Shown: piece by piece, positions 1 to 8,368 of the stretch
How positions within the stretch are numbered: position 1 is the stretch's first letter
How the letters are laid out: each line of letters opens with the position of its first letter
NCBI GenBank assembly: GCA_016186395.1
Contig: JACPLU010000003.1
Coordinates: forward strand, 11,883-75,882
Reading direction: 5' to 3'
DNA length: 64,000 nt
From: Parcubacteria group bacterium
GTDB lineage: Bacteria > Patescibacteriota > Minisyncoccia > 2-02-FULL-40-12
Notes under the pieces: generated by a model
Database searches by the model: none
Told to the model about the DNA's origin: nothing
What the model saw: only the letters and a program-made list of their open reading frames with translations
Position numbers and translations under genes: made by a program

Positions 1-71
1 GAAAAGGGCGGAGGCGTAGGGAAACCGAGTGCGAATAGTGCGTTTACCCGCCTACATTTTTAGATTTTAAC

Positions 72-114
72 AAAAAAAACAGCTGACTGAATTTATGTTT
101 CAATACAGCTGTTA
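72..114 (-). terminator. Rho-independent terminator for the insertion-encoded minus-strand ORF
   Basis: aacagctg(79-86)...cagctgtt(107-114) hairpin followed on the minus strand by an 8-T run (A-run 71-78 on plus). Confidence 0.6.
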
Positions 115-148
115 CCACTACCACCGAAATTAAATTCTGACGGATTTC

Positions 149-376
149 TTAGTCAACCAGTAGTTTAAGGACCTCCTCGTCTTCGTTGTAAAAACCGAGG
201 AGTTCACCGAGATGATTAATCACAGTGGACTTTTGAATCCAGTTTGGAACATCCGTTGCTCCAGCGAGCCTCACTTTCGTGTAGACAACGACTTCGCTTT
301 GTGTGCCTTCCAAAAGAGCCTCAACAGAACATTTCCGAATGAATTTATCACCTTTTTTTAAGTCTTTAAATTTCAT
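149..376 (-). CDS. 75-aa protein of unknown function encoded antisense inside the 23S insertion
   Basis: RBS aaggagga sits 5 nt upstream of ATG (374-376, minus strand). The 113-aa ORF in the track would start inside rRNA sequence beyond the inverted repeat, so the internal start is preferred. A hairpin plus T-run lies downstream at 72-114 on the minus strand. Confidence 0.5.
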   Translation of the reverse strand: MKFKDLKKGDKFIRKCSVEALLEGTQSEVVVYTKVRLAGATDVPNWIQKSTVINHLGELLGFYNEDEEVLKLLVD

Positions 377-1000
377 TGTCTCCTCCTTGAAGTAAAGAAC
401 GCGTTTGTTGAAATAGCAGTATATACTATGGTAGCATATACTTTTGTTTTTGTCAATTGAATCTAAAAATGTAGGCGGGATTTGTCTCATACTTAAGACC
501 CGAAGCCGGGTGAGCTACCCATGGCCAGGATGAAGTTCCGCGAAAGCGGAATGGAGGTCCGAACCCACGCATGGCGCAATATGCGGGGATGAGCTGTGGG
601 TCGGAGTGAAAAGCTTATCGAACCCGGTAATAGCTGGTTCTCTCCGAAATGCCTTTAGGGGCAGCGTCGGATTATGTTAAGTTGGGGGTAGAGCACTGAT
701 TGGATTTCCGTGCCCTTATGGGTAGGTTTTCCAGCCAAACTCCGAATACCAATTTAATTACTCCGGCAGTGAGACTACGGGGGCGAAGCTCCGTGGTCGC
801 GACGGGAACAGCCGTGATCTCAAGTTAAGGTCCCTAAATTAAGGTTAAGTGTGAAAGGTAGTGAAGACGCTCAAACAACCAGGAGGTTTGCTTAGAAGCA
901 GCCATCCTTTAAAGAGTGCGTAACAGCTCACTGGTCGAGCTTTTTTGCGCCTAAGATGTAACGGGGCTAAAACCTTATACCGAAACTGAGGGTTATCTGT

Positions 1001-1108
1001 GGCTCATCGATGCGTCTAAGGTCAAATGACTAAGGACTAAAGCTGAAAGGTTTAATTTTTGGCTTTAGACTTTAGACTCTAGACTTTAGTCGTGACGATG
1101 AGTCACGG
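1001..1108. repeat. 108-bp hairpin element, copy 1, inserted at the 23S helix-45 IVS hotspot
   Basis: Differs from 2087-2194 by a single nucleotide. Imperfect hairpin: gactaaggactaaagc ... gctttagactttagactctagactttagtc. Flanked by ggctcatcgatg / cgatgagtcacgg. Confidence 0.8.
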
Positions 1109-1666
1109 GTAGCGGTAGGAGAGCGCTTCATGTGCAGTGAAGCCTACGACGTGAGTCGGGGTGGAGCGCATGGAGGTGAGAATGTTGGCATGAGTAACCA
1201 CAATCCGCCTGAAAACGGCGGACGCCGAAAGCCTAAGGATTCCTCCGCGATGGCAATCATCGGAGGGTTAGGCGGCCCTAAGCATAAGTCAGGTTTTGGC
1301 CTGGCGAATGCGATGGACAGCCGGTTAATATTCCGGCCCTTCCTTATATTTTTAAGGAGCCCGGAGCTTAGTAGACTTGGCATATTATTGGATTTATGTT
1401 TGTGATATAAGAATGCGTCTTTGGAAAATCCGGGATGCTGTCTTTAATGACGAATTTAAATATTATGAAAACCCTGGTAACAGGGAATCAAGTTGAGCAA
1501 GCTTCCTAGAAAAACTTCTAAAATTATGTATAAGGAGTCCGTACCGCAATCCGACACAGGTAGGCAGCCAGGGAAACTGGTAAGGCGAACGGGTGAATGG
1601 TGGCTAAGGAACTCGGCAAAACAGCGGGCGTAAGTTCGCAATATGCCCTGCCAGCCGTAGATTTTA

Positions 1667-1953
1667 GTTTTTAATTTAGTTATAAAGTATCCATGTACTG
1701 TATTTATCTAATTCAGCATTCTGTAACAAAACAAATTTATATTGGTCTAACCAATGATTTGAAACGTCGGTTGTATGAACATAATGCTTCACAACAGAAA
1801 GCGACCAAAAGAAAAATTGGAGAATGGGTTTTAGTTTATGCAGAGGCATACAGAAATAAGACGGACGCTCAAATTAGAGAAAGAAAGTTGAAGCAACACG
1901 GAAGTAATAAACGTTGGTTAAAGGACAGAATTAAGTACAGTTTATTTGAAGAT
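1667..1953. other. Second helix-tip insertion in 23S (E. coli helix-63 region), bounded by a 16-bp perfect inverted repeat
   Basis: ccagccgtagatttta (1651-1666) pairs with taaaatctacggctgg (1954-1969). Conserved 23S sequence resumes at ggggactgtttatcaaaaacacag. Confidence 0.7.
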
Positions 1954-1956
1954 TAA
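1693..1956 (+). CDS. GIY-YIG domain protein (87 aa) encoded inside the 23S insertion
   Basis: The YIGLTNDLKRRLYEHN motif is a GIY-YIG core. The ORF is in the same sense as the rRNA. Confidence 0.7.
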   Translation: MYCIYLIQHSVTKQIYIGLTNDLKRRLYEHNASQQKATKRKIGEWVLVYAEAYRNKTDAQIRERKLKQHGSNKRWLKDRIKYSLFED

Positions 1957-2086
1957 AATCTACGGCTGGCCGCAGCGAATGACCTCTGGGGACTGTTTAT
2001 CAAAAACACAGCTCTCTGCTAACTCGAAAGAGGATGTATAGGGGGCGACGCTTGTCCAATGCTGGAACGTTAACGGTGATGGTCGT

Positions 2087-2194
2087 GGCTCATCGATGCG
2101 TCTAAGGTAAAATGACTAAGGACTAAAGCTGAAAGGTTTAATTTTTGGCTTTAGACTTTAGACTCTAGACTTTAGTCGTGACGATGAGTCACGG
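2087..2194. repeat. 108-bp hairpin element, copy 2, inserted in the 23S domain IV helix-68 region
   Basis: Nearly identical to 1001-1108. It interrupts the 23S between ggtgatggtcgtg and ctggagcccgaagcgccagtcaatgacggc. Confidence 0.8.
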
Positions 2195-2241
2195 CTGGAG
2201 CCCGAAGCGCCAGTCAATGACGGCAATAACCATAATTGTCC

Positions 2242-2466
2242 AAAGGTGAATCGCATTGCCTTTGTAAAATCCGACTATATCGGTGAACATCTCACTAAGA
2301 CGTGAGACAATACCGAGGCAATCCGTGAAAACGGAGAGTCCGTAGAGACTAAACGTCGGATCCTGAGCAAGCCGAAAGGCTAGTTGAAGGAAAGATATAG
2401 TCCGAACTGCATGGCGACATGCAGAAATGAGCAGAAATGTCTCGTTCCGCCGAGTCTGATTCGGCG
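2242..2466 (+). mobile_element. Small ORF-less group I intron in 23S, near E. coli position 1917
   Basis: Inserted after ccataattgtcc (E. coli ACGGUCC). Carries P7-like core strands gagactaaacgtcgg and aagatatagtccgaac, like the Tetrahymena CAGACTAAATGTCGG / AAGATATAGTCGGAC. Ends in G. Confidence 0.6.
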
Positions 2467-2529
2467 AAGTAACAATGTTGAGCGCAATTCCTTTCCGGGT
2501 AAGTTACGGAACTTGCCCCATGAAGAAGT

Positions 2530-3200
2530 GATTCTTTATGCAAAGTCGGCTTATAACGGTGGAGCCTGTTTCATGATAAAATGGAATAGAGAATACCGTG
2601 GGAAGTTGTCTTGACCTAACTCAAGATTAACCCCGTAACGACTGAGGCGAAAGCCACAATGGCGTTTTTTGAAACGTCATTATACGCCGACCCCTTAGGA
2701 TATTATGAGGAATATCGAAGAATATATTTCTGGATATGTTGATGGCGAAGGATGTTTTACTGTAACTTTTAACAAAAGGGATAAAGCAAAAATTGGTTGG
2801 GAATTAAGACCAAGTTTTTCAGTCAGTCAGAATGAAGAAAGACGACAGGTGCTAGATATTATACAGAAATATTTTGGATGTGGTTTTATTCGAAGAGATT
2901 ATTCAGACAGAACAGTAAAATTTGAAATTCGAGACCACATACAACTTAGAGATAGGGTTATTCCTCATTTTGAGAGATTTCCATTGCTCTCAAATAAACA
3001 AAAAGATTTTGAATTGTTTAGAGAAGTATGCAAAATTATTGATCATGGAGGTCATCTTACAAAAAGTGGATTTATTAAGATTGTAAATTTTGCTTATCGA
3101 ATGAATGGATCTGGTAAGCGTAAAAGAACTTCCCAAGAAATAATTCGAAATCTTAAATGATACTTAAGGTGATGATATAGTCTATAGTCTTAATTTAAAG
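2530..3200 (+). mobile_element. Group I intron in 23S domain IV, around E. coli 1931-1951, carrying a LAGLIDADG ORF; boundaries approximate
   Basis: Non-rRNA block between ccccatgaag and ggaaccactggaggactgtctcagcc. Shares taaccccgtaacgactga and ataccgtgggaagt with the intron at 4694-5437, and has P7-like ggtgatgatatagtc. Confidence 0.6.
2705..3160 (+). CDS. LAGLIDADG homing endonuclease (151 aa)
   Basis: YISGYVDGEGCF is a LAGLIDADG motif. Size is typical of a single-motif enzyme, and it sits inside a group I intron of the 23S. Confidence 0.8.
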   Translation: MRNIEEYISGYVDGEGCFTVTFNKRDKAKIGWELRPSFSVSQNEERRQVLDIIQKYFGCGFIRRDYSDRTVKFEIRDHIQLRDRVIPHFERFPLLSNKQKDFELFREVCKIIDHGGHLTKSGFIKIVNFAYRMNGSGKRKRTSQEIIRNLK

Positions 3201-3473
3201 ATTAAGAAGTTCCGGAGCGCATGAAAAGCGGAACCACTGGAGGACTGTCTCAGCCACTGGCCCGGTGAAAATGCAATGTCAGTAAAGATGCTGACTACCC
3301 GCACCAAGACGGAAAGACCCCGGAAGCTTTACTGTCTCTTGGTATTGGTCTATGAGTTTGGATGCGTAGTGTAGTGGGTAGGATTTGAAGTCCACCTTTT
3401 GGGGTGGATGGATCCAACAATGAAACACCCATCTTTCAGATTTATAGCTCTAACTGGTGACACCCTAGAAGGA

Positions 3474-3780
3474 AAATTTATAAGGAGGAGATTCTATAAT
3501 GCTATTTGAAGGTTCTCCTAGCCCAACATTTGAAGAAGAAGAAAAGTTTGGATTTAATCTATCAACAAAAATTTATGTTCATATTAATTCACCTCTTTTA
3601 GGTGAAAATGGTAATAAGATAGAAAAGAAATTTGGTGTATTAATCCATCTTTTAACTGGAAAACACGCGAGATTCAAATTAGCTGATCAATTTCGAGTAT
3701 ATGGAAGTGCGGCTAATGTGATAAAATTTTTGAGTAGTTATTTTCAATAAATTTCCTTTTGACAAGCTAGTCTTGTCTCT
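3474..3780. other. Third helix-tip insertion in 23S (domain V helix-78/79 region) carrying a sense-strand gene cassette
   Basis: Bounded by ccctagaa (3464-3471) and ttctaggg (3781-3788). Conserved sequence resumes at caggacagtgcctggtggacagtttgaatggggcg. Confidence 0.6.
3499..3750 (+). CDS. 83-aa protein of unknown function inside the 23S insertion
   Basis: RBS aaggaggag 9 nt upstream of ATG. Hairpin gacaagctagtcttgtc immediately after the stop. Confidence 0.45.
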   Translation: MLFEGSPSPTFEEEEKFGFNLSTKIYVHINSPLLGENGNKIEKKFGVLIHLLTGKHARFKLADQFRVYGSAANVIKFLSSYFQ

Positions 3781-4148
3781 TTCTAGGGTTTCATCAGGAC
3801 AGTGCCTGGTGGACAGTTTGAATGGGGCGTTTCCCTCCTAAAGAGTAACGGAGGGGTCCATAAGGTACCCTAGTCCCGGATGGAAATCGGGACGATAGTG
3901 TAAAAGCATAAGGGTGCTTGACTGCAAGGCAAACGTGCCGCGCAGGTGCGAAAGCAGGGTTTAGTGAACCGACCGTGGCTGGTAGGAGCGCGGAAGATTA
4001 TCGGATAAAAGCTACTCCGGGGATAACAGGCTAGTACCGCCCGAGCGTCCATAGCGACGGCGGTGTTCGGCACCTCGATGTCGGCTCGGCTTATCCTGGC
4101 GGTGAAGAAGCTGCCAAGGGTTGGGCTGTTCGCCCATTAAAAAGCTAC

Positions 4149-4621
4149 GCGAGCTGGGTTCAGACCGTTAAGAATCTGAATCATAAATCATGAAACTTGA
4201 AACATCTTGTTTCGGTTTGATTTGGTTTTTTAACAGTCTGAATCCGAGGATATTCAAAAGACATCATTTAACGGCGGCACTATATAGGAATATATAGTGT
4301 GAAGTTGACCATATCGGTGAAATCCCATTGGGATAACACCTAGGGAAGTTTGTAAACTTTATTGAAGTTCTTTTTTGGGAGGTGTAGCTCAAGAGTATTG
4401 TATGATGAAAGGCGAAAGTCGGGGACTCATACAGTAGCGAGAGCACTGGACTCTGGATCCAGAGGTTGCAGGTAAAAATCCTATCACCACCCACCAATTT
4501 TTGAGTAATCAATATTTGGCACTTCAATAAAGTTTACAAATCCCGTAGAGACTATACGTCAGCCACCCTAATTGAGCTTAGCTCAGCGGGTGAAGATATA
4601 GTCCAGTGCATACAGCAATGT
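4149..4621 (+). mobile_element. ORF-less group I intron in 23S at the I-CreI/I-CeuI-type site (around E. coli 2593)
   Basis: Exon gggttcagaccgt | intron | cgtgagacaggttggtcc matches E. coli GGGUUUAGAACGU|CGUGAGACAGUUCGGUCC. Core strands agactatacgtc and gaagatatagtcc are present and the intron ends in G. The only ORF in it (4264-4527, minus strand) looks spurious. Confidence 0.7.
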
Positions 4622-4693
4622 ATGAAACATGCGTGAGACAGGTTGGTCCTTATCTGGTGTGGGCGTTAAGACTTGAGGGGAGCTGCTCCTAGT

Positions 4694-5437
4694 AGAATTT
4701 GCTACTTTAAGGAGTAATCCTTAATGACAATCCGACTTATAACGGTGGAACCTTATTGCAACTTGATTTGTTGATAACCAGAATTATCCTAATCCAATAA
4801 TTCTGGTACAATTTACTTGAGGACAAGATAGTAATAAGACAATACCGTGGGAAGTCATTCTAAAAACGATTTAGCATATATTTCCGGTTTTCTTGATGGA
4901 GACGGAAGTTTAATGTTGCAGATCAAAAAGTATAAGTACAATAAGTCAGGAAAAAGATTCATGGTAACTATTTGTTTCTATCAGGATTCAAGACACGACA
5001 AACCTCTTTATTGGATCCGTAAGATATTCGGGATAGGGTATATATCTAAAAGAAATGACGGTATTACTGAATTAAGAATAAATGGATATTCTAGAGTAAG
5101 AATAATTTTAGAAAAACTATTGCCGTTTATTAAGTTTAAGAAGAAGCAAGCAAGAATTCTTTATAAAGCGAGTAAATTACTCGAAAAAGAAAAAAAACTT
5201 AAAAAGACTTCCATGATTCGACTCGTAGATTACATAGTAAGAATCCAAGAGGAAAATTATGTGACAAGAAAAAAGAGATCGAAAGATGATTTATTAAAAT
5301 TTTTAGGATTGACCCCGTAACGACTCATCTTTAAAATAGATGGATGGCTGTTTTTAAACAGTCATAATATGTCGGCTCCCATCTTTGTCGATGGGATGAA
5401 GATATAGTCTACTCTTCTGGTGACAGAAGAAAATGTG
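4694..5437 (+). mobile_element. Group I intron in 23S inserted within the sarcin-ricin loop, carrying a LAGLIDADG ORF
   Basis: Joining exons cctagt + acgagaggattgg recreates CUAGUACGAGAGGA. The 5' exon ends in U and the intron ends in G. Core strands taatatgtcgg and gaagatatagtct are present. Confidence 0.65.
4847..5320 (+). CDS. LAGLIDADG homing endonuclease (157 aa)
   Basis: LAYISGFLDGDGSL is a LAGLIDADG motif; the ORF is intron-encoded. Confidence 0.8.
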   Translation: MGSHSKNDLAYISGFLDGDGSLMLQIKKYKYNKSGKRFMVTICFYQDSRHDKPLYWIRKIFGIGYISKRNDGITELRINGYSRVRIILEKLLPFIKFKKKQARILYKASKLLEKEKKLKKTSMIRLVDYIVRIQEENYVTRKKRSKDDLLKFLGLTP

Positions 5438-5517
5438 ACGAGAGGATTGGAGTGGGGAAACCTCTGGCGTACCAGTAGTCCTGCCAAGGGCGTCGCTGGG
5501 TATCTATGTTTCCAAGT

Positions 5518-5548
<31 letters not shown>

Positions 5549-5703
5549 ATGCCCCAAGATTAGGTCTTTCTCTCCTGGAAGACTACCAGGTTGATAGGAT
5601 TCAGGTGTAAGCGCGGCAACGCGTTCAGCCGAGAATTACTAATAGAGAAACAATTTATTTTACCTTTTTTATAAATTCACCGAATACATAGTTTAAGAAT
5701 TGA

Positions 5704-5834
5704 AAAGACTAATTTGGCGATAATGCCGAGTGTGTCCCACCTCTGGTTTGTTTACAAGCCTTAATCCATTCCGAACAGAGAAGTGAAATCACTCAGGGCC
5801 GATGGTAGTTCGAGCTTAGCTCGAGCCAGAGTAG
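5704..5834 (+). rRNA. rrf: 5S rRNA, with a roughly 17-nt expansion in the helix III / loop B region
   Basis: Carries the 5S blocks gtcccacct, ccattccgaacagagaagtgaaa and ggccgatggtag, and ends in agagtaggtcgtcgccag. It lies about 55 bp after the 23S end. Confidence 0.7.
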
Positions 5835-6014
5835 GTCGTCGCCAGATTAGTCTTTTTAATTTGCTCTGTCACCAGGTCCAGCATAGCCACGCACCTTTTG
5901 TAAAACAAAAGGTGCGAGAGTACAAAAAATTAGTGCTGGGCTCCCTGTCCTGTCCGGCAGGCGGGGATGCGGGGCTTCTTGCAATAAAACAGATATTCGC
6001 GGTACGATTGAAGC

Positions 6015-6782
6015 ATGTCGCAGTTACGTTTAGTTAAGCAAATAGTTTATGCATTTATTTTAATATTGTTGATTCTTTTGATTGGTTTTGGTTTGTTCTC
6101 TCTTTTTAAACCAACAGAGCCAATTCAAACTTCCACTGCTTCACCTGTAAAACCACTTATTGTTGAAAATTCCTATCTAATTTCGCAAGGTATATTAGAT
6201 TACGACGTTTTAGTAACTGTCAGAAATCCAAATGTTGATTATGGTGCTTCAGAATTTGAATACGAGCTTAAATTTTCTGATATTCAAGGGAATCCAATAA
6301 AAACTGTTAAAGAAAAATCTTATATTTTACCGGGGCAGAGGAAGTATTTAATTTTTTCAGCGTTTAGACCACAAAGTGAAGTGTCTAACGTGCAGGTTGA
6401 AATTAATCAAGTTGTGTGGTCAAAATTGAAATCTTTTGTGGAGCCGTCGGCTTTATTTTTTGTGAAACAACAGAACTTAAGGAAAGAAGGGAGCTTGTTT
6501 ATTTTAGATGCTGTTATTTCCAATATTTCTAATTTTGATTTTGATACTGTTAATATTGTTGTTAGACTTGAGGGTTCCGGAGTAGACCCAGTAGCTGTGG
6601 GCGTAAGAAGAGAGGATACATTTATTTCTAAAACAGACAGGAGTGCTCGTCTTGTTTGGACTAAAGATTTTGGTCAGCCAATAACCGGGATAACAATAGA
6701 AACCTATACAAATGTGTTTAAAAATGATAATTTTTTACGTGATAAAGGAGGAGAGATTGAAAAATTTCAACAATTCTTTTGA
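6015..6782 (+). CDS. Hypothetical membrane-anchored protein (N-terminal TM helix, then an extracytoplasmic domain)
   Basis: 255-aa ORF with a hydrophobic N-terminal segment, ILILLILLIGFGLFSLF. Ends at a TGA stop. Confidence 0.55.
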   Translation: MSQLRLVKQIVYAFILILLILLIGFGLFSLFKPTEPIQTSTASPVKPLIVENSYLISQGILDYDVLVTVRNPNVDYGASEFEYELKFSDIQGNPIKTVKEKSYILPGQRKYLIFSAFRPQSEVSNVQVEINQVVWSKLKSFVEPSALFFVKQQNLRKEGSLFILDAVISNISNFDFDTVNIVVRLEGSGVDPVAVGVRREDTFISKTDRSARLVWTKDFGQPITGITIETYTNVFKNDNFLRDKGGEIEKFQQFF

Positions 6783-6791
6783 CCCTGAAGC

Positions 6792-7919
6792 ATGAAACAT
6801 GAGTCGTGCATCAAAAGGTTTAAAGATGTTTCATGTTTCATGTTTCATGATTTGAGAAAATTAGATTGGTGGCTTTTGACCCCTGTACTCGCTTTATTTT
6901 TAGCGAGTCTTTTAAACTTATACGGCATCGGAGGTTTTGATTCTTTCTTTATAAAACAACTTATTTTTGTATTAGTCGGTCTTGTTCTGTTATTATTTTT
7001 TGTTAGTATTGATTTTAGAATCTTTAGGGAATCAAGTATATTACCATCATTACTTTATGTTGCGTCTCTAATATTTTTATTCGGCACTCTATACTCTTCA
7101 GAAGTTCGCGGTATTAAAGCCTGGTTTTTTATAGGATCTTTTGGGTTTGAACCATCTGAAATTACAAAGTTAGCTTTAATATTATTTCTAGCTAAGTTTT
7201 TTTCGAGTAACGGCGGGCAAAGAACTAACCAACCCTTCTCATTGGGGATATCTTTGATATATACCCTAATTCCTATTGGCTTCATACTTTTACAACCAGA
7301 TTTTGGTTCGGCAGCAGTTTTAGGCGCTATATGGCTAAGTGCGTTAATGAATTTTAAAATCAAAAAGACACATATGCTATTTTCGACAGGTGTTTTGGTG
7401 TTGCTTGGTATTGTGATTTGGATTTTTATGCTCGCGCCGTATCAAAAAGCTAGATTTACTGCTTTTTTAGATCCGTTGGAAGATCCGCGCGGTTCCGGTT
7501 TTCAGAATCTTCAAGCTCAAATTTCAGTTGGTTCCGGAAACTGGTTGGGTTACGGTGTACAAAATGCTACTCAAGTTAAACTTGGTTATTTGTCAGAGCC
7601 AAGAAATGATTTTGCATTTGCGGCCTTTGCCCAACAGTTTGGTTTTTTAGGTACTTCTTTGGTCGTAATTTTGTATGGTTTATTTTTATATAGACTGTCC
7701 TCCATAGGGATATTTACAAAAGACCGATTTGTTCATATATTTGTTTTTGGATTTTTAATTTTTATTTCTACTCATTTAATTATTAATATTGGAATGAATA
7801 TCGGCGTTTTGCCTGTCACAGGAATTCCACTATCCTTTTTTAGTTATGGTGGGAGTCATCTATTAACTTTGATGTCTGGGCTTGGCATTGTTCAAAGTAT
7901 AAAGGTTCATACTTCTTAA
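6792..7919 (+). CDS. SEDS-family peptidoglycan glycosyltransferase (FtsW/RodA)
   Basis: Ten-TM SEDS architecture, with ...DFAFAAFAQQFGFLGTSLV... matching the FtsW/RodA conserved block. An alternative in-frame start at 6840 (MFHDLRKLDWW) lies inside a heptamer repeat array. Confidence 0.85.
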   Translation: MKHESCIKRFKDVSCFMFHDLRKLDWWLLTPVLALFLASLLNLYGIGGFDSFFIKQLIFVLVGLVLLLFFVSIDFRIFRESSILPSLLYVASLIFLFGTLYSSEVRGIKAWFFIGSFGFEPSEITKLALILFLAKFFSSNGGQRTNQPFSLGISLIYTLIPIGFILLQPDFGSAAVLGAIWLSALMNFKIKKTHMLFSTGVLVLLGIVIWIFMLAPYQKARFTAFLDPLEDPRGSGFQNLQAQISVGSGNWLGYGVQNATQVKLGYLSEPRNDFAFAAFAQQFGFLGTSLVVILYGLFLYRLSSIGIFTKDRFVHIFVFGFLIFISTHLIINIGMNIGVLPVTGIPLSFFSYGGSHLLTLMSGLGIVQSIKVHTS

Positions 7920-7929
7920 CTGGGGTTAT

Positions 7930-7976
7930 GTTCGGGCGATCATACGTCCAGGGCGTATGATCGCCCGAACATTTTG
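7930..7976 (+). terminator. Hairpin terminator after ftsW/rodA
   Basis: gttcgggcgatcatacg tccaggg cgtatgatcgcccgaac is a 17-bp perfect stem, followed by attttg. Confidence 0.6.
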
Positions 7977-8368
7977 TAAGACAAAATGTTTTAGGGGGTT
8001 GACCTCCACCTAACTTTTATGGAAACTTGATTAGTTTAACTATATAATTGTTTTAATTAATATCTAGTAATTCCATCTATTAAAATAAAAGTTAGATAGG
8101 GGTGGACAACGAGGGGCTTGACACCTTTTTTTCATAAGAGTAAGATAATAACGCTTTACTTGAACCCTTAATTTTTCCATATTTTACTGTATTTTTTGTT
8201 GGCTGCTAATTTTTAAAACATTTAAATCCCCAATAACCCTAACCCAGATGTCGGGCTAGTTTTTTCTTGTGCACCTGTAACTATGGGTGTCAATTCATCA
8301 ACTCAACGGCAAAAGATTTATTACGAAATATGAAATAGACGGTTTTCATATACTCGTTAATCTTTATT

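Larger units (their letters stand above)
62..464. other. Helix-tip insertion (IVS-like) in 23S domain II, bounded by a 15-bp inverted repeat
   Basis: cccgcctacattttt (47-61) is the reverse complement of aaaaatgtaggcggg (465-479). E. coli has a short hairpin here, GGGCGUUAAGUUGCAGGG. Confidence 0.7.

Noticed and set aside
5783-6037. 84-aa ORF overlapping the 5S rRNA
   Set aside because: It lies within the rRNA and terminator region with no RBS; it is an rRNA-sequence artefact. The same applies to ORFs 1130-1405, 1144-1383, 1456-1641, 2349-2614, 3870-4073 and 4264-4527 inside the 23S gene and its introns.
8000-8368. Promoter call TTGACA-17-TAAGAT at 8118-8146 upstream of rpoB
   Set aside because: A plausible sigma-70-like match, but several alternative -35/-10 combinations exist in this AT-rich leader. 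It cannot be supported from sequence alone.
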